A stretch of DNA of 63,978 nt, counting the filler, from Chloroflexota bacterium (GTDB lineage: Bacteria > Chloroflexota > Chloroflexia > QHBQ01), in assembly GCA_043754535.1 (NCBI GenBank). It is 3 parts of 3 records of this genome, joined end to end, with 100 filler letters (N's around TTAATTAATTAA, not from the genome) between each part and the next. Parts side by side here need not be neighbours in the genome. Positions count along the whole stretch, not along the records: positions 28,358 to 55,819 come from JAYUUN010000107.1; positions 55,920 to 63,978 come from JAYUUN010000119.1; 1 more part is not named here. One strand, written 5' to 3'. The notes under the pieces were generated by a model. That model saw nothing but the letters and a program-made list of their open reading frames with translations. It was not told where the DNA came from and did not search any database. Each line of letters starts with the position of its first letter. Positions within the stretch are counted from its first letter, which is position 1. Shown here piece after piece: positions 49,721 to 59,824 of the stretch. The position numbers and the translations under genes are program-made.

Positions 49721-52700
49721 ATGGCAAAGAAGACGGTGATTGTTACTGGGGCGGCTAGTGGGATCGGGCGGGCCACCGCCTTGCAGTTCGCCAGTCGGGG
49801 TTGGCAGGTGTTCGCCACCGCTCGTGACCCCCGCAAGATCGACTATGCAGGCAGCGACATCACCGCCCTGCCACTGGACGTGACCAGCGAGCCGTCGATC
49901 AGTGCGGCAGTAGACGAGGTGCGTAGCAGAGTGGGGCGGATCGACGTGCTGATCAACAATGCTGGCTATGGCATCTTCGGCGCAGTCGAGCAGACTTCGT
50001 TGGACGAGTTCCGCCAGCTTTTTGAGACCAATGTGTTTGGTGCAATTGCCTGCGCGAAGGCCGTGCTAGACGCTATGCACCAGCAGGGCAAGGGCAAGAT
50101 CATCAACATCAGTTCGATAGCGGGCAAGATCGCCCCCCCGTTCTCCGGTGCTTACGCCGCCAGCAAGTTCGCCCTGGAGGGGGTGAGCGACAGTATGCGG
50201 GTGGAACTCAAGCCCTTTGGCATCCACGTCGTGCTGATCCAACCAGGGCCAGTGCGAACCAACTTCAGCACTGCTCAGCGCACGATGGAGTCCTGCTTTG
50301 ATGATCAGTCGCGCTATGCCTCCTACTTTGGCGTCTATGACCGGATGGAGGATGAGCGTCTCACCGAGCGGATGGAGCGGACGGCTGCTGCCCCCGAAGA
50401 AGTGGCAGACGTGGTATACTATGCTGCCACCCGCCGTACACCTCATCCCCGCTACGTTGCCCCCGTGCGCTACAGCCCGCTGCTGCGCCTGCTGCGAATG
50501 GCCCCAACCCGGCTGGTGGATGCGATCCAGTCCCAGATCATCGGATATGCGAGGAACAAGTTAGTGGACATTGCCGCAGTCAAGGGTTGGTTGCCCGACC
50601 TGCTGAAGAGTCTGAGCCAGGCGGCCAGCCGTGACGGGCAGCAGCCCTACATTACAGCCCTGGTCACTGCCACCCAGGGTAGCAACGTGACGGTCAATGA
50701 CCGCGAGCAAAGCGTAACAGCGCGCGACTCATCAACCGGGCTGGTGCTGCGGGCCTTTAACGGCCTCTACTTCGAGGAGTATTCAACCACCAGCCTCACC
50801 GCTGACGCAGTGCTGCGCGAGGGGCGCGAGTGGCTGGCGACCCTCCACCTGCACCAGCAGCCCCACCCTGGGGCCGCTCCCTTTACTGCACTCCCGCCGC
50901 TGGTGTGTGACTTCGTAATGCCTGCCCGCCTGCCCGTGGGTAGCGTAGACCTGCGCGACTCGCTGGCTCAGATGCAGGCGATCCACCGCCTGGTTAGCGG
51001 CAGCGAACGAGAGCGGGTGCGTGGTGAAGCGCGTATCGCCAATGTGCAGATCGTCTACTCCGAGGAGATTAGCCAGCGCATCTTTGCCGCCCCTGGCCGC
51101 CTGCTAACCCAGCTGGTGCCGCGCAGCCGCTACTACGTCAACATCTATGCTACCGATGGTGAGCAGGTACGCAGTGCCTACTACATCACCGCCAAAACGG
51201 TTGGCTACGAACTGGTCGAGGATAGCGACTGGGATTTGGCCGCCTTGCGCGAGGAGGCTTTTGCCCTGCTAGCCGCCCAGCCAATCCCCCCTGGCGAGTA
51301 CGACATTATCGGCGGCCCAGAGGTGACTGGCGTACTGGCCCATGAGAGCTTCGGGCATGGGGTAGAGACAGATATGTTCATGAAGGAACGCGCCCGCTCT
51401 GCTCACTACATCGGTAAGCAACTGGCGGCAGCGAACGTCAACCTGCTGGACGACCCCACCTATCCAACTGGCAACGGCAGCTACTTCTTCGACGACGAGG
51501 GTCTGCTGGCCGAACCAACTTACGTGATACGCAACGGCATCTTCGAGCGTGGGATCACCGACGCATACTCGGCCATGCGCCTCGGCCTCGCACGCTCGGC
51601 GAACGGGCGGCGTGAGAGCTTCATGCGGAAGGCTTATGCCCGAATGTCCAACACCTACTTTGCTGCTGGCGACCAGCCAGCGCAGGCGATCATTGGCGCG
51701 GTCGAGCGTGGGGTGTACTTGCCGCAGATGGAGAGCGGCATGGAAGACCCCAAGAACTGGGGCATCCAGATCATCCCCAGCTTTGGCCGTGAGATCAGGG
51801 ATGGCAAGCTGACCAACACCTACTACTCACCGATTGGCATGACCGGCTACGTGCCAGACGTGCTAGCGAGCATCAGCATGGTCGGTGACGACGTATCCCT
51901 GGCCGAGGGCGGTAGTTGCGGCAAGGGTCACAAAGAGTGGGTGCCGGTTGCCAGCGGTGGCCCCACCATGCGCTTCCGGGCGCGCTTGAGTTTAAGGAGC
52001 GAAGGATTGGACGACATTCTAGAGCAGGCTGCCGCCACCTTGCGGCAGCAGGGTGGGGCCGACGAGTGGGCGATCCGCCGCACCCGCAGCCGCAGCACCC
52101 AGCTATTTACCGTCGGCACCGAGCCAGAGGCCATGCGCCACAACCTGACTGACCGCCTCAATATTGACCTCTTTGTGGATCACGACGGGCGACGCGGCGA
52201 AAGTGCGTTTGTAGTCAATACGGGCGACCTTGCTGCCTTGCGCGAGGCGGCTGAGCAGGCTATCTTTGGGGCTGGGCTGGCTGGCAATGCGCCATACCGC
52301 TTGCCTGCCGCCACTACTTACCCCCAACTAGAATTGGTAGACGAGCAAATCGCCGCCAATCCTGCTGGTCTCGCTGGGCAGATCGTCAACGAGGTAGCCG
52401 CAGCGGTGGCCGCCAGTGAGGGGACGCGCCTCAGTGCCATCGAAATCTTCCTCAACTACAACGAACACAGCCTGCTGACCAGCACTGGCGCGCAAGGTAG
52501 CTATGCAGCCACTACCGTGACCCTCGACTTGACCCTGCTCACGGGGCCGCAGGGCGAGGACGCGGAGAGCCAACTACTGACCAGCCGCCGCCGTCTGGCC
52601 GACCTACCCGTAGCCGAACTGGTGCGGGCGCAGGCCCAGTACTCCGCCGACAGCCTGCGGGCTGGTCTGCCGCAGACAGGCCGCTGGCCGGTGATCTTCA

Positions 52701-53314
52701 GCGAAGTAGCACTGGAAGACCTGTTCGACCCCTTCCTCTACCGCAGTAGCGCAGCGGCGAAGTACCGTAGCCTCAGCCCCCTGTCGGTTGGCGAGCGGAT
52801 CATAGTCGGCCAGCAGCATGGCACGCCACTCACCCTGGTGAGCGACGCGACCCTGCCCTATGGTCTACTCAGCCAGCCGTTCGACGACCTCGGCATCCCC
52901 TCCCAGCGGCTTGTGCTGATCGAGGGCGACGTGTTGCGCCAGTTCAGCGCGGGGCAGCGTTATGCCAGCTACCTGAACCTGGCTGCCAGCGGCCCTCGTG
53001 GTAACACCGTATTGCCAGCAGGCGACACCGCTGCCAGCGATCTGCTTCGACCCAGCAGCGGCCTTGCCTACCAGGTGATCTCCTTCTCTGCCTTCGCGCC
53101 CGACCCTATCAGCGGCGACTTCGTGGCTGAGATTCGACTCGGCTACGAATGGCGGCCCGACGGTAGCAAGCGGCCCATTCGAGGCGGTGCCGTCAGCGGC
53201 AACATCTTCGCCAACTTCGCTAGCGCAACCTACAGCCGCGAGACCACCTTCAACGGCAGCTACAGTGGCCCCGCCTACATCCGCCTGGAGGATTTGACTA
53301 TTGCTGGGTCGTAG
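49721..53314 (+). CDS. Continuous ORF: SDR oxidoreductase (49721-~50560) + TldD metalloprotease (50564-~51991) + TldE/PmbA (52007-53314)
   Basis: SDR: TGAASGIG, NNAG, YAASK. TldD: HESFGH, FFDDEG, RMSNT, GSCGK. TldE: PFDDLG, PISGDF, G.VSGN. No in-frame stop. Confidence 0.85.
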   Translation: MAKKTVIVTGAASGIGRATALQFASRGWQVFATARDPRKIDYAGSDITALPLDVTSEPSISAAVDEVRSRVGRIDVLINNAGYGIFGAVEQTSLDEFRQLFETNVFGAIACAKAVLDAMHQQGKGKIINISSIAGKIAPPFSGAYAASKFALEGVSDSMRVELKPFGIHVVLIQPGPVRTNFSTAQRTMESCFDDQSRYASYFGVYDRMEDERLTERMERTAAAPEEVADVVYYAATRRTPHPRYVAPVRYSPLLRLLRMAPTRLVDAIQSQIIGYARNKLVDIAAVKGWLPDLLKSLSQAASRDGQQPYITALVTATQGSNVTVNDREQSVTARDSSTGLVLRAFNGLYFEEYSTTSLTADAVLREGREWLATLHLHQQPHPGAAPFTALPPLVCDFVMPARLPVGSVDLRDSLAQMQAIHRLVSGSERERVRGEARIANVQIVYSEEISQRIFAAPGRLLTQLVPRSRYYVNIYATDGEQVRSAYYITAKTVGYELVEDSDWDLAALREEAFALLAAQPIPPGEYDIIGGPEVTGVLAHESFGHGVETDMFMKERARSAHYIGKQLAAANVNLLDDPTYPTGNGSYFFDDEGLLAEPTYVIRNGIFERGITDAYSAMRLGLARSANGRRESFMRKAYARMSNTYFAAGDQPAQAIIGAVERGVYLPQMESGMEDPKNWGIQIIPSFGREIRDGKLTNTYYSPIGMTGYVPDVLASISMVGDDVSLAEGGSCGKGHKEWVPVASGGPTMRFRARLSLRSEGLDDILEQAAATLRQQGGADEWAIRRTRSRSTQLFTVGTEPEAMRHNLTDRLNIDLFVDHDGRRGESAFVVNTGDLAALREAAEQAIFGAGLAGNAPYRLPAATTYPQLELVDEQIAANPAGLAGQIVNEVAAAVAASEGTRLSAIEIFLNYNEHSLLTSTGAQGSYAATTVTLDLTLLTGPQGEDAESQLLTSRRRLADLPVAELVRAQAQYSADSLRAGLPQTGRWPVIFSEVALEDLFDPFLYRSSAAAKYRSLSPLSVGERIIVGQQHGTPLTLVSDATLPYGLLSQPFDDLGIPSQRLVLIEGDVLRQFSAGQRYASYLNLAASGPRGNTVLPAGDTAASDLLRPSSGLAYQVISFSAFAPDPISGDFVAEIRLGYEWRPDGSKRPIRGGAVSGNIFANFASATYSRETTFNGSYSGPAYIRLEDLTIAGS

Positions 53315-54077
53315 CGTTGCGGAGGGTCTCTCCTACGTCAACCTGGCCTGGGGGCGGCACGGCGTGCAGCAGGCGGCGGCCCGTGGTGATGTGATCGTGA
53401 TTGTGGATACCCTCAGCTTCTCCTCCGCCGTCGCCACCGCTATCGAGCATGGCGGCGCAATCTATCCCTGCACGCCAGAAGATGACGCAGCCGCTATCGC
53501 CCAGCAGCACTGTGCCGTGCTAGCCGTCAGCCGCCGTGCCTTGCCAGAGCGTGGCCGCTATAGCCTGTCGCCCCTCACCTATGTCGGCATGGCCGCTGGC
53601 ACAAAGGTGGTGCTGTCCTCGCCAAACGGGGCTACCCTCTGTCGGCTAGCCATTGGGGCGCAAGTGGTGATCATCGGTTGCCTGCTAAACGCACAGGCAG
53701 TTAGTGCTTATCTAAACCGATTTTGGGCTAAATCCGCGATCACCGTGGTGGCCGCTGGCGAACGTTACCGCCAGCCGACCGCCGATGGCGAATTGCGCTT
53801 TGCACTTGAGGACTTCTTGGGGGCAGGTGCGATCCTCGGCCACCTTGCTACGGGGCAGTCGGCGGATGCTCAGGTGTGCGCTGCCGCCTTCGACGCTAGT
53901 CGGGCGCAGGTTGTAGACCATTTGTGGCAGTGCGAGAGCGGTCAGGAGCTTGCTGCTCAGGGTTACGGCGACGACGTGCGCCACTCTGCCCAGGTCAGTC
54001 GCTACCACAAGGTGCCGCTCCTGGGGCCAGACGGCTGGATCAAAGAGGGTTGGCGGTACGATCCTGAACAGGATTGA
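53301..54077 (+). CDS. 2-phosphosulfolactate phosphatase (ComB) family protein
   Basis: VIVDTLSFSS, SLSP, SPNG, GCLLNA, AAGER, EDFLGAGA; SD GGAGG + TTG overlapping upstream ORF end. Confidence 0.85.
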   Translation: MLGRSVAEGLSYVNLAWGRHGVQQAAARGDVIVIVDTLSFSSAVATAIEHGGAIYPCTPEDDAAAIAQQHCAVLAVSRRALPERGRYSLSPLTYVGMAAGTKVVLSSPNGATLCRLAIGAQVVIIGCLLNAQAVSAYLNRFWAKSAITVVAAGERYRQPTADGELRFALEDFLGAGAILGHLATGQSADAQVCAAAFDASRAQVVDHLWQCESGQELAAQGYGDDVRHSAQVSRYHKVPLLGPDGWIKEGWRYDPEQD

Positions 54078-54129
54078 AGCAGGCCACCTCCCTCTGCGCC
54101 AGTTTGGCTTACCTCCCCCGCGAAGGCAG

Positions 54130-55134
54130 TTAGCGCAGGACGATCACTGTGTCTCGGAAGAAGTAGAGGATGATGCCAGCCACCACCAGCCAGGCGATGC
54201 CACCCGCGATCAGCCAGCGGTCACGGGTGAGCAGGTCTTCGGGCGCACCACCCTCGTCGCGCTGATAGATCAGGTAGAGGTAGCGGAAGATGACGAACAG
54301 GGCGAAGGGGATGGTTGCCATCATCAGGTTGTTGGCCTTCGATACCTTGTCGCCCTGCCAGGTGTAGAGCGAGTAGGAGATGATCAGGGCTGACGTGACC
54401 ATCGAACTCATCTGGTCGAGCAGTTGCGGCGAGTATTCGTCTAGAATCTTGCGGTGCTTGCCTGCGCCGCCTTCGAGCAACACCAGTTCGTGCCGCCGCT
54501 TGTTGATGCCGATGAACAGGGCGGCGAACAGGGTGCAGAGGTAGAGCCACGGCGAGATCGGGACGGCAATCACCAGTGCGCCGCCAATCACCCGCAGCAC
54601 GAAGCCCGCTGAGAGGGAGAACAGGTCGATCAGCACGATCTTCTTGAAGAAGAAGTCGTAGAGGATAGCGTTGGTGATGTAGGCGAGGATGATCGCTCCG
54701 AAGTAGAGGCTGAGGAGGAAGGCGGCTGGTACTAGCAGCAGCAGCAGCACTGCCGCCAATACCTGCGCGATCAGCGGGCGCAGCTTGCCGCTGGCGAGGG
54801 GGCGGTTGCGCTTGGTTGGGTGCCTGCGGTCGCTCTCAATATCCACCAGGTCGTTGATCAGGTAGATTGCGCTGCTGACCAGGCAGAAGATGATGAAGGC
54901 AATGACAACCTTGAGCAGCAGGCCGTCATCGGTCAGCTTGAGAGCAGCGGCGGGGGCGACGAACAGCAGGCCGTTCTTCAACCACTGCTTGGGCCGCATC
55001 GCCCGCAACAGTACGCGCAGCAGTGCCGCTCCAGTCACAGGCGGCGACGGCTGCCAGTGGTCAGCAGCAGGCTGGTCGGGCGGCAAGTGACCGTTGCTAC
55101 CCACTTGCGCCTGCTTGTTCTTGATTGCACTCAA
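54130..55134 (-). CDS. UbiA-family prenyltransferase (decaprenyl-phosphate phosphoribosyltransferase-like)
   Basis: RPKQWLKN, YLINDLVD..SDR.HP.K..RPLASG, KRRHEL, FRYLYL. Confidence 0.88.
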   Translation of the reverse strand: MSAIKNKQAQVGSNGHLPPDQPAADHWQPSPPVTGAALLRVLLRAMRPKQWLKNGLLFVAPAAALKLTDDGLLLKVVIAFIIFCLVSSAIYLINDLVDIESDRRHPTKRNRPLASGKLRPLIAQVLAAVLLLLLVPAAFLLSLYFGAIILAYITNAILYDFFFKKIVLIDLFSLSAGFVLRVIGGALVIAVPISPWLYLCTLFAALFIGINKRRHELVLLEGGAGKHRKILDEYSPQLLDQMSSMVTSALIISYSLYTWQGDKVSKANNLMMATIPFALFVIFRYLYLIYQRDEGGAPEDLLTRDRWLIAGGIAWLVVAGIILYFFRDTVIVLR

Positions 55135-55156
55135 TCCTCTGTCCTCTCTGATGAGC

Positions 55157-55185
55157 TTGACACTCTTAGCTGTTTGTGTTATTAT
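55157..55185 (+). promoter_or_regulatory. Promoter TTGACA-N17-TATTAT for the tRNA-Cys pair
   Basis: Near-consensus hexamers 11 nt before first tRNA. Confidence 0.65.
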
Positions 55186-55196
55186 ACACAACGCGT

Positions 55197-55267
55197 GGTG
55201 ATGTAGCCAAACGGCCAGGTAACTCTCTGCAAAAGAGTCTAAGGCGGTTCGACTCTGCCCATCATCT
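55197..55267 (+). tRNA. Divergent tRNA-Cys(GCA), copy 1
   Basis: GGTGATG/CATCATC acceptor, U73, ACTCT-CTGCAAA-AGAGT anticodon arm, GGCGG-TTCGACT-CTGCC T arm. Confidence 0.75.
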
Positions 55268-55286
55268 CCCAACATTCAGTAGTAAC

Positions 55287-55360
<74 letters not shown>

Positions 55361-55383
55361 GGTAACACAGCTAGCTTGTGATT

Positions 55384-55410
55384 AGGGTGGGCCACTGGCT
55401 CACCCTTTTT
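55384..55410 (+). terminator. Intrinsic terminator after tRNA-Cys pair
   Basis: AGGGTGGGCC-ACT-GGCTCACCCT + T-run. Confidence 0.75.
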
Positions 55411-55502
55411 GCTTGCCCTCTTTCTCCCACCCCAGGGAGCCGTTTGTGCTATAATGCGCCTCATAGAATCTAAACACTCAGCTACTTGAGGAGGATACAT
55501 CT

Positions 55503-55819
55503 TTGCCAATCAATCAGGAACGTCTGGTGGAGACGTTTGTTGCGCTGGTCAGTCTAGACAGCCCTTCGGGCGAGGAGGCCGCGGTTGCCCAATACTGCCT
55601 CAGCCGCCTGCAAGCTCTCGGCTTTGCGGCTGAACTGGACAGCATCGGCAACGTGGTGGCGCGCGTGGTGGGCATGGGGGTGAACGCTGGCGGTGAGGTG
55701 ATCATGCTCAACTCGCACATGGACGGCGTGCAACCCTGCCTCGGTATCAAGCCCCAGATCGCCGACGGCGTGATCCGCTCCGACGGTACCACCATCCTCG
55801 GTGCCGACGACCGGGCCGG
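55503..55819 (+). CDS. M20/M25/M40 family peptidase (peptidase T-like), 3' truncated
   Basis: DSPSGEE, NSHMD, SDGTTILGADD; SD GAGGAGG + TTG. Confidence 0.85.
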
Positions 55820-55919
55820 NNNNNNNNNNNNNNNNNNNNNNNNNNNNNNNNNNNNNNNNNNNNTTAATTAATTAANNNNNNNNNNNNNNNNNNNNNNNNN
55901 NNNNNNNNNNNNNNNNNNN
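55820..55919. other. Artificial contig-join linker
   Basis: N44-TTAATTAATTAA-N44. Confidence 0.97.
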
Positions 55920-56864
55920 GCGCACTGCGTTGAGGCTGAACTCGGCTAGCTCCTTCGCGCCAAAGCCAAACTCGCGGGCGGCGAGCAGGTACTCGTCAGT
56001 GAGAGTCGTGTTGAACATCGCTGGGTCGTCGGAGTTGAGAGTGAGCGGCACACCCGCCGCATAGAGCGTGCGGATTGGGTGCTGCTGCCAGTCGGCGACT
56101 ACGCGGGTGCAGATGTTGGAGGTCAGCGAAATCTCTAGTACGATCTGCTCCTGCGCGAGGTAGGCCAGCAACTCTGGGTCTTGCGCCGCGTTGATGCCAT
56201 GACCGACCCGCTCGGCTTGCAGCAGGCGCAGGGCAGCCCACACGCTGTCTGGCCCTGCATACTCGCCCTGGTGGGAAACGCGGTGCAGGCCAGCCTGGTA
56301 CGCGCCGTAGAACGCAGCGACAAACTTTTCTGGCTCCCCACGCTGCTCATCACCGCCCAGGCCCAAGGCCACCACGCCACGATCCTGGGCCTGCACTGCC
56401 CAGGCCAGAGTTTGCAGGGCGAGGTCGGCACTCAGTTCGCGGTCAACATCGTTGATCCAGCGCATCTTTACTCCAAACTCAAGCTCGGCCTGGGCCGCTC
56501 CTTCGTTGATCGCCGCCAGCAGATCGTCGTAGCTGACCCCCAGGCGGCGCACCGTCGTGGTGGGAGTGAAGGTCACTTCCAGGTAGCGGATGTTCTGCGC
56601 GCCCGCCTCTCGACCCAGTTCGTAGGTGATTAGGCGGAAGTCGTCCAACGTTTTGAGGGCCTGGTTGATCGTATACCAGACCGCGATGAAGTGGGGGAAG
56701 TCGGTGAAGCGGTAGTATTCGCGCAGGCCCACCTCGTCTTGGAAGGGTAGCTGCACTCCGTTGCGCTCGGCTAGCAGCAGCAGAGTGTGCGGGCGGATGC
56801 TACCCTCCAGGTGGACGTGCAACTCGGCCTTCGGCATAGCGCGAACGAAGCTCTCTAGCGACAT
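55920..56864 (-). CDS. add: Adenosine deaminase family protein (3' truncated)
   Basis: PKAELHVHLEG, HQGE, RVGHG, NSDDP. Confidence 0.9.
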
Positions 56865-56894
56865 TGCTCTCCTTCTGCTGGCTCGCTGGCCTGG

Positions 56895-59393
56895 CTACTG
56901 CAAGCCATTAACCAGGCCAGTGTATTTCTCGACCAGTGCTTTCGCCTCACCGTCCTCCTCCGCTTCGGCGTAGATGTGGAAGAAGGGAAAGTCGGGATCG
57001 GGCAGGATCAAGGCCCACTCGCGGCCCAGGTCAATCTTGATGCCGTCAATCTGGCCGCTCCCAGTGTTGCCATATTGCTCGTTGAGCAGCCGCATCACGC
57101 GGCCCTTGTCCTCCCAGCGGCAGGGAACCCGGCCTCGTGCCATTGCAAAGGTGGGCAGGCTCGCCAGTACCTCGCTGAAGCGTACGTTCTGCGCCGCCAG
57201 CATCTCGATCAGCTTAGTGATCGTGAACAAGCCGTCGGGGGTGGGGTGGAAAGCGGGGAAGAAGAAACTACCTGCGCCGTCGCCCGCCACCGTCACGCTG
57301 TTCCGCAGGGCGGTGATGCTCATCGCCTGGTTGTTCGCCTTCGTGCGGATTACCTCGGCCCCATACTGTTTGGCAATCGTCTCGATTACGCTCGGCGCGG
57401 TCACTGGCACCGCCACGATGCCGCCGCCGTTCGCCTTCAAGTGGAGGGTGACCACCGCAGCCAGGGCCGCCATGCCATGCACCTGCTGCCCCTTGTCGTC
57501 CACAAAGTAGACACGCTCACCACCAGTATCCAGGCGGGCGGCCAGATTAGCCTTCAGCACGGGGGTGATGGCAGAGAGGCGGTTGAGACCATCCTGCAAC
57601 TGCTCCTGCGCCCGCGAGTAGAGTCCTTCTTCTACGTGGGCGTTCAACTCCACCGCGTCAATGCCGAGACTGCCAAACACGCGGGGTAGTACCTGGGCTG
57701 AACTGGTGTTGGCGTAGTCCACCACGATGTGCATCTCGCCACTCTTTGCCTTCAGCACGTCGGCGTTGATATTCTTCAGGTAGCCTTCCAGGTAACGTTC
57801 AACTACGTTGTTGGCGTAGCTAATGCGGCCAATGTCGTCCAGGTAGACGCGGCGGAAGTCCTCGCGGAAGAAGACGTTTTCAATCTTGCGCTCGGTGTTC
57901 TTATCTAGGTCAAGGCCGTTGCGGTCGAAGAACTTGATATCCAGGGTGCGGCTATCGAAGGGCGAGAGGCGGACGTGGATACCACCCACTGCGTCGGTGG
58001 CCCGCACGTTGTAGCGGGCGACAGGGATTGGCACGCTAGCGAGGTCGGCCACGTTCACACCCGCCGAGGGCAGGCCGCTGATGATTGCCCGCTTGATCAT
58101 GCGCGGGGTAAAGTGCGCGTCGCGGTTGACCATCACCGTCGCCCCCTTAGCCAGGGTTGCGCCATAAGCCCCACCCAGTTTGGCGGCAAACTCTGGGGTA
58201 ATGTCCACGTTGACCAGACCGGTTACGCCAAAGCGACCAAATAGCACCTTGCGGCTCTGGCTGCCCCAGACCATGCTGGTAGCGACGGTAGAACCAGCCT
58301 CGATTTCTTTACTCGGCCAAATCTTGACGTTGGGCTGGATCACCGAACCCTCACCGATAGTGGTGTCGTCACCGATGACCGTTCCCTCAAAGAGCATCGC
58401 CCGCGCCTTGACGCTGCACTGCTTGCTGAGGATTGCCCCGCGCAACTCGGCGCGCTCACCAATGTAGCAGTTGCGCCAGATGATGCTGCGGTCAATCGTC
58501 GCCCGTGTGTCCACGATGGTGTCGTCCCGGATCACGGTCGGGCCGTGGATGGTTACGCCAGAGTTGATGCGTACGCCGCGACCGAGGAAGACCGGGCCAT
58601 CTATCCGCGCGTCGGAGGCGATAGTTACATCCTCCTCAACCCAGAGGCCGGGTCGAATCTGGGTGCCACTGAGCGGGAGATTGCATTGGCCGCTGAGGAG
58701 GTCGCCAGTGGAGCGCAGGTAGTCTGGCAGGTTGCCAATATCGCACCAGTAGCCCTCGGCGACGTAGCCGTAAAGGGGGTCGCCCCGCTGCAACATCATG
58801 GGGAACAAGTCCTGGCTGAAGTCGAATTGCTTGCCAGCGGGGAAGTAGTCCAGCACCTTCGGGTCAAGCACGTAGATGCCAGTATTGATGGTGTCGCTGA
58901 AGACCTCGCTCCAACTGGGCTTCTCCAAGAACTGCTTGATGCGCCCCTGCTCGTCGGTGATGATTACTCCATACTCTAGGGGATTCGGCACGCGCTTGAG
59001 GATCAGGGTGGCGAGTGCCTTCTTTTGCTTGTGGAAGGCGACGGCAGCGGAGAGGTCGATGTCGGTCAGAGCGTCGCCGCTGATGATCACGAACGCCTCA
59101 TCGCCGAGCATCGCCTGGGCCTGCTTGACGCTGCCCGCTGTGCCAAGCGGCGACTCCTCAATGCTGTACTGCATATTCACGCCAAAGGCCGAGCCGTCGC
59201 TAAAGTAACTCTGGATAGAGTCGGCCATGTACTGCAAGGTAGCGATTACGTCGGTGATTTCGTAGCGTTTGAGCAGGTTGATGATGTGGGCAATCATCGG
59301 TTTGTCCACCACTGGCACCATCGGCTTGGGGCGGCCCAGGGTTAGGGGGCGCAGGCGGCTACCCTCACCACCCGCCATTACTACTGCTTTCAT
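56895..59393 (-). CDS. Bifunctional mannose-1-phosphate guanylyltransferase / phosphomannomutase-like protein
   Basis: [26 protein letters not shown], hexapeptide LbH region, [12 protein letters not shown]-like half. Confidence 0.92.
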   Translation of the reverse strand: MKAVVMAGGEGSRLRPLTLGRPKPMVPVVDKPMIAHIINLLKRYEITDVIATLQYMADSIQSYFSDGSAFGVNMQYSIEESPLGTAGSVKQAQAMLGDEAFVIISGDALTDIDLSAAVAFHKQKKALATLILKRVPNPLEYGVIITDEQGRIKQFLEKPSWSEVFSDTINTGIYVLDPKVLDYFPAGKQFDFSQDLFPMMLQRGDPLYGYVAEGYWCDIGNLPDYLRSTGDLLSGQCNLPLSGTQIRPGLWVEEDVTIASDARIDGPVFLGRGVRINSGVTIHGPTVIRDDTIVDTRATIDRSIIWRNCYIGERAELRGAILSKQCSVKARAMLFEGTVIGDDTTIGEGSVIQPNVKIWPSKEIEAGSTVATSMVWGSQSRKVLFGRFGVTGLVNVDITPEFAAKLGGAYGATLAKGATVMVNRDAHFTPRMIKRAIISGLPSAGVNVADLASVPIPVARYNVRATDAVGGIHVRLSPFDSRTLDIKFFDRNGLDLDKNTERKIENVFFREDFRRVYLDDIGRISYANNVVERYLEGYLKNINADVLKAKSGEMHIVVDYANTSSAQVLPRVFGSLGIDAVELNAHVEEGLYSRAQEQLQDGLNRLSAITPVLKANLAARLDTGGERVYFVDDKGQQVHGMAALAAVVTLHLKANGGGIVAVPVTAPSVIETIAKQYGAEVIRTKANNQAMSITALRNSVTVAGDGAGSFFFPAFHPTPDGLFTITKLIEMLAAQNVRFSEVLASLPTFAMARGRVPCRWEDKGRVMRLLNEQYGNTGSGQIDGIKIDLGREWALILPDPDFPFFHIYAEAEEDGEAKALVEKYTGLVNGLQ

Positions 59394-59450
59394 CGCAGCC
59401 TCCTCTTTTGCTTGCAACCTTGCTGATCAGTGTAGCTCGAACACCGCCCC

Positions 59451-59479
59451 ATTTTAGCGGGTAGTCAAGAGCCTGTCAA
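59451..59479 (-). promoter_or_regulatory. Promoter TTGACA-N17-TAAAAT
   Basis: Near-consensus hexamers. Confidence 0.55.
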
Positions 59480-59548
59480 GCGCGAACGGGGCGCAAGTGT
59501 GACTTGCTCCCTTATCGCCAGGATAGACCTACAATGCTGTGGCTTGGC

Positions 59549-59695
59549 CTACTGGTCGAGGCGCACTTCGGTAGCACCGAGGTCGAGGTCGTCGCTGACA
59601 AGCTCGCCCTCATATGTTTCGGTGTCGTTGAGTAGCAGCACGGCGGCCACGATACCCGCGAATAGGCCCATGACGAAAACGATAATCTTACCCAT
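59549..59695 (-). CDS. Small single-TM protein (48 aa)
   Basis: MGKIIVFVMGLFAGIVAAVLLLNDTETYEGELVSDDLDLGATEVRLDQ; SD AAAGGAG; TATAAT upstream; below ORF-track cutoff. Confidence 0.7.
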   Translation of the reverse strand: MGKIIVFVMGLFAGIVAAVLLLNDTETYEGELVSDDLDLGATEVRLDQ

Positions 59696-59824
59696 CTGGA
59701 AGCTCCTTTGCTTGAGGCTATGCTGCGATTATAGAGCAAGCGGAGGCAGGATGTCCAGCCCAGCAGTGTGCTTGGAACGCGACGTGCTATAATCAGGCTA
59801 GACGCAAGCCGAGGAGGGCAACTG

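Noticed and set aside
56895..58250. PMM-like half lacks the catalytic SHNP serine motif
   Set aside because: To my knowledge a common trait of this bifunctional family, so not novel
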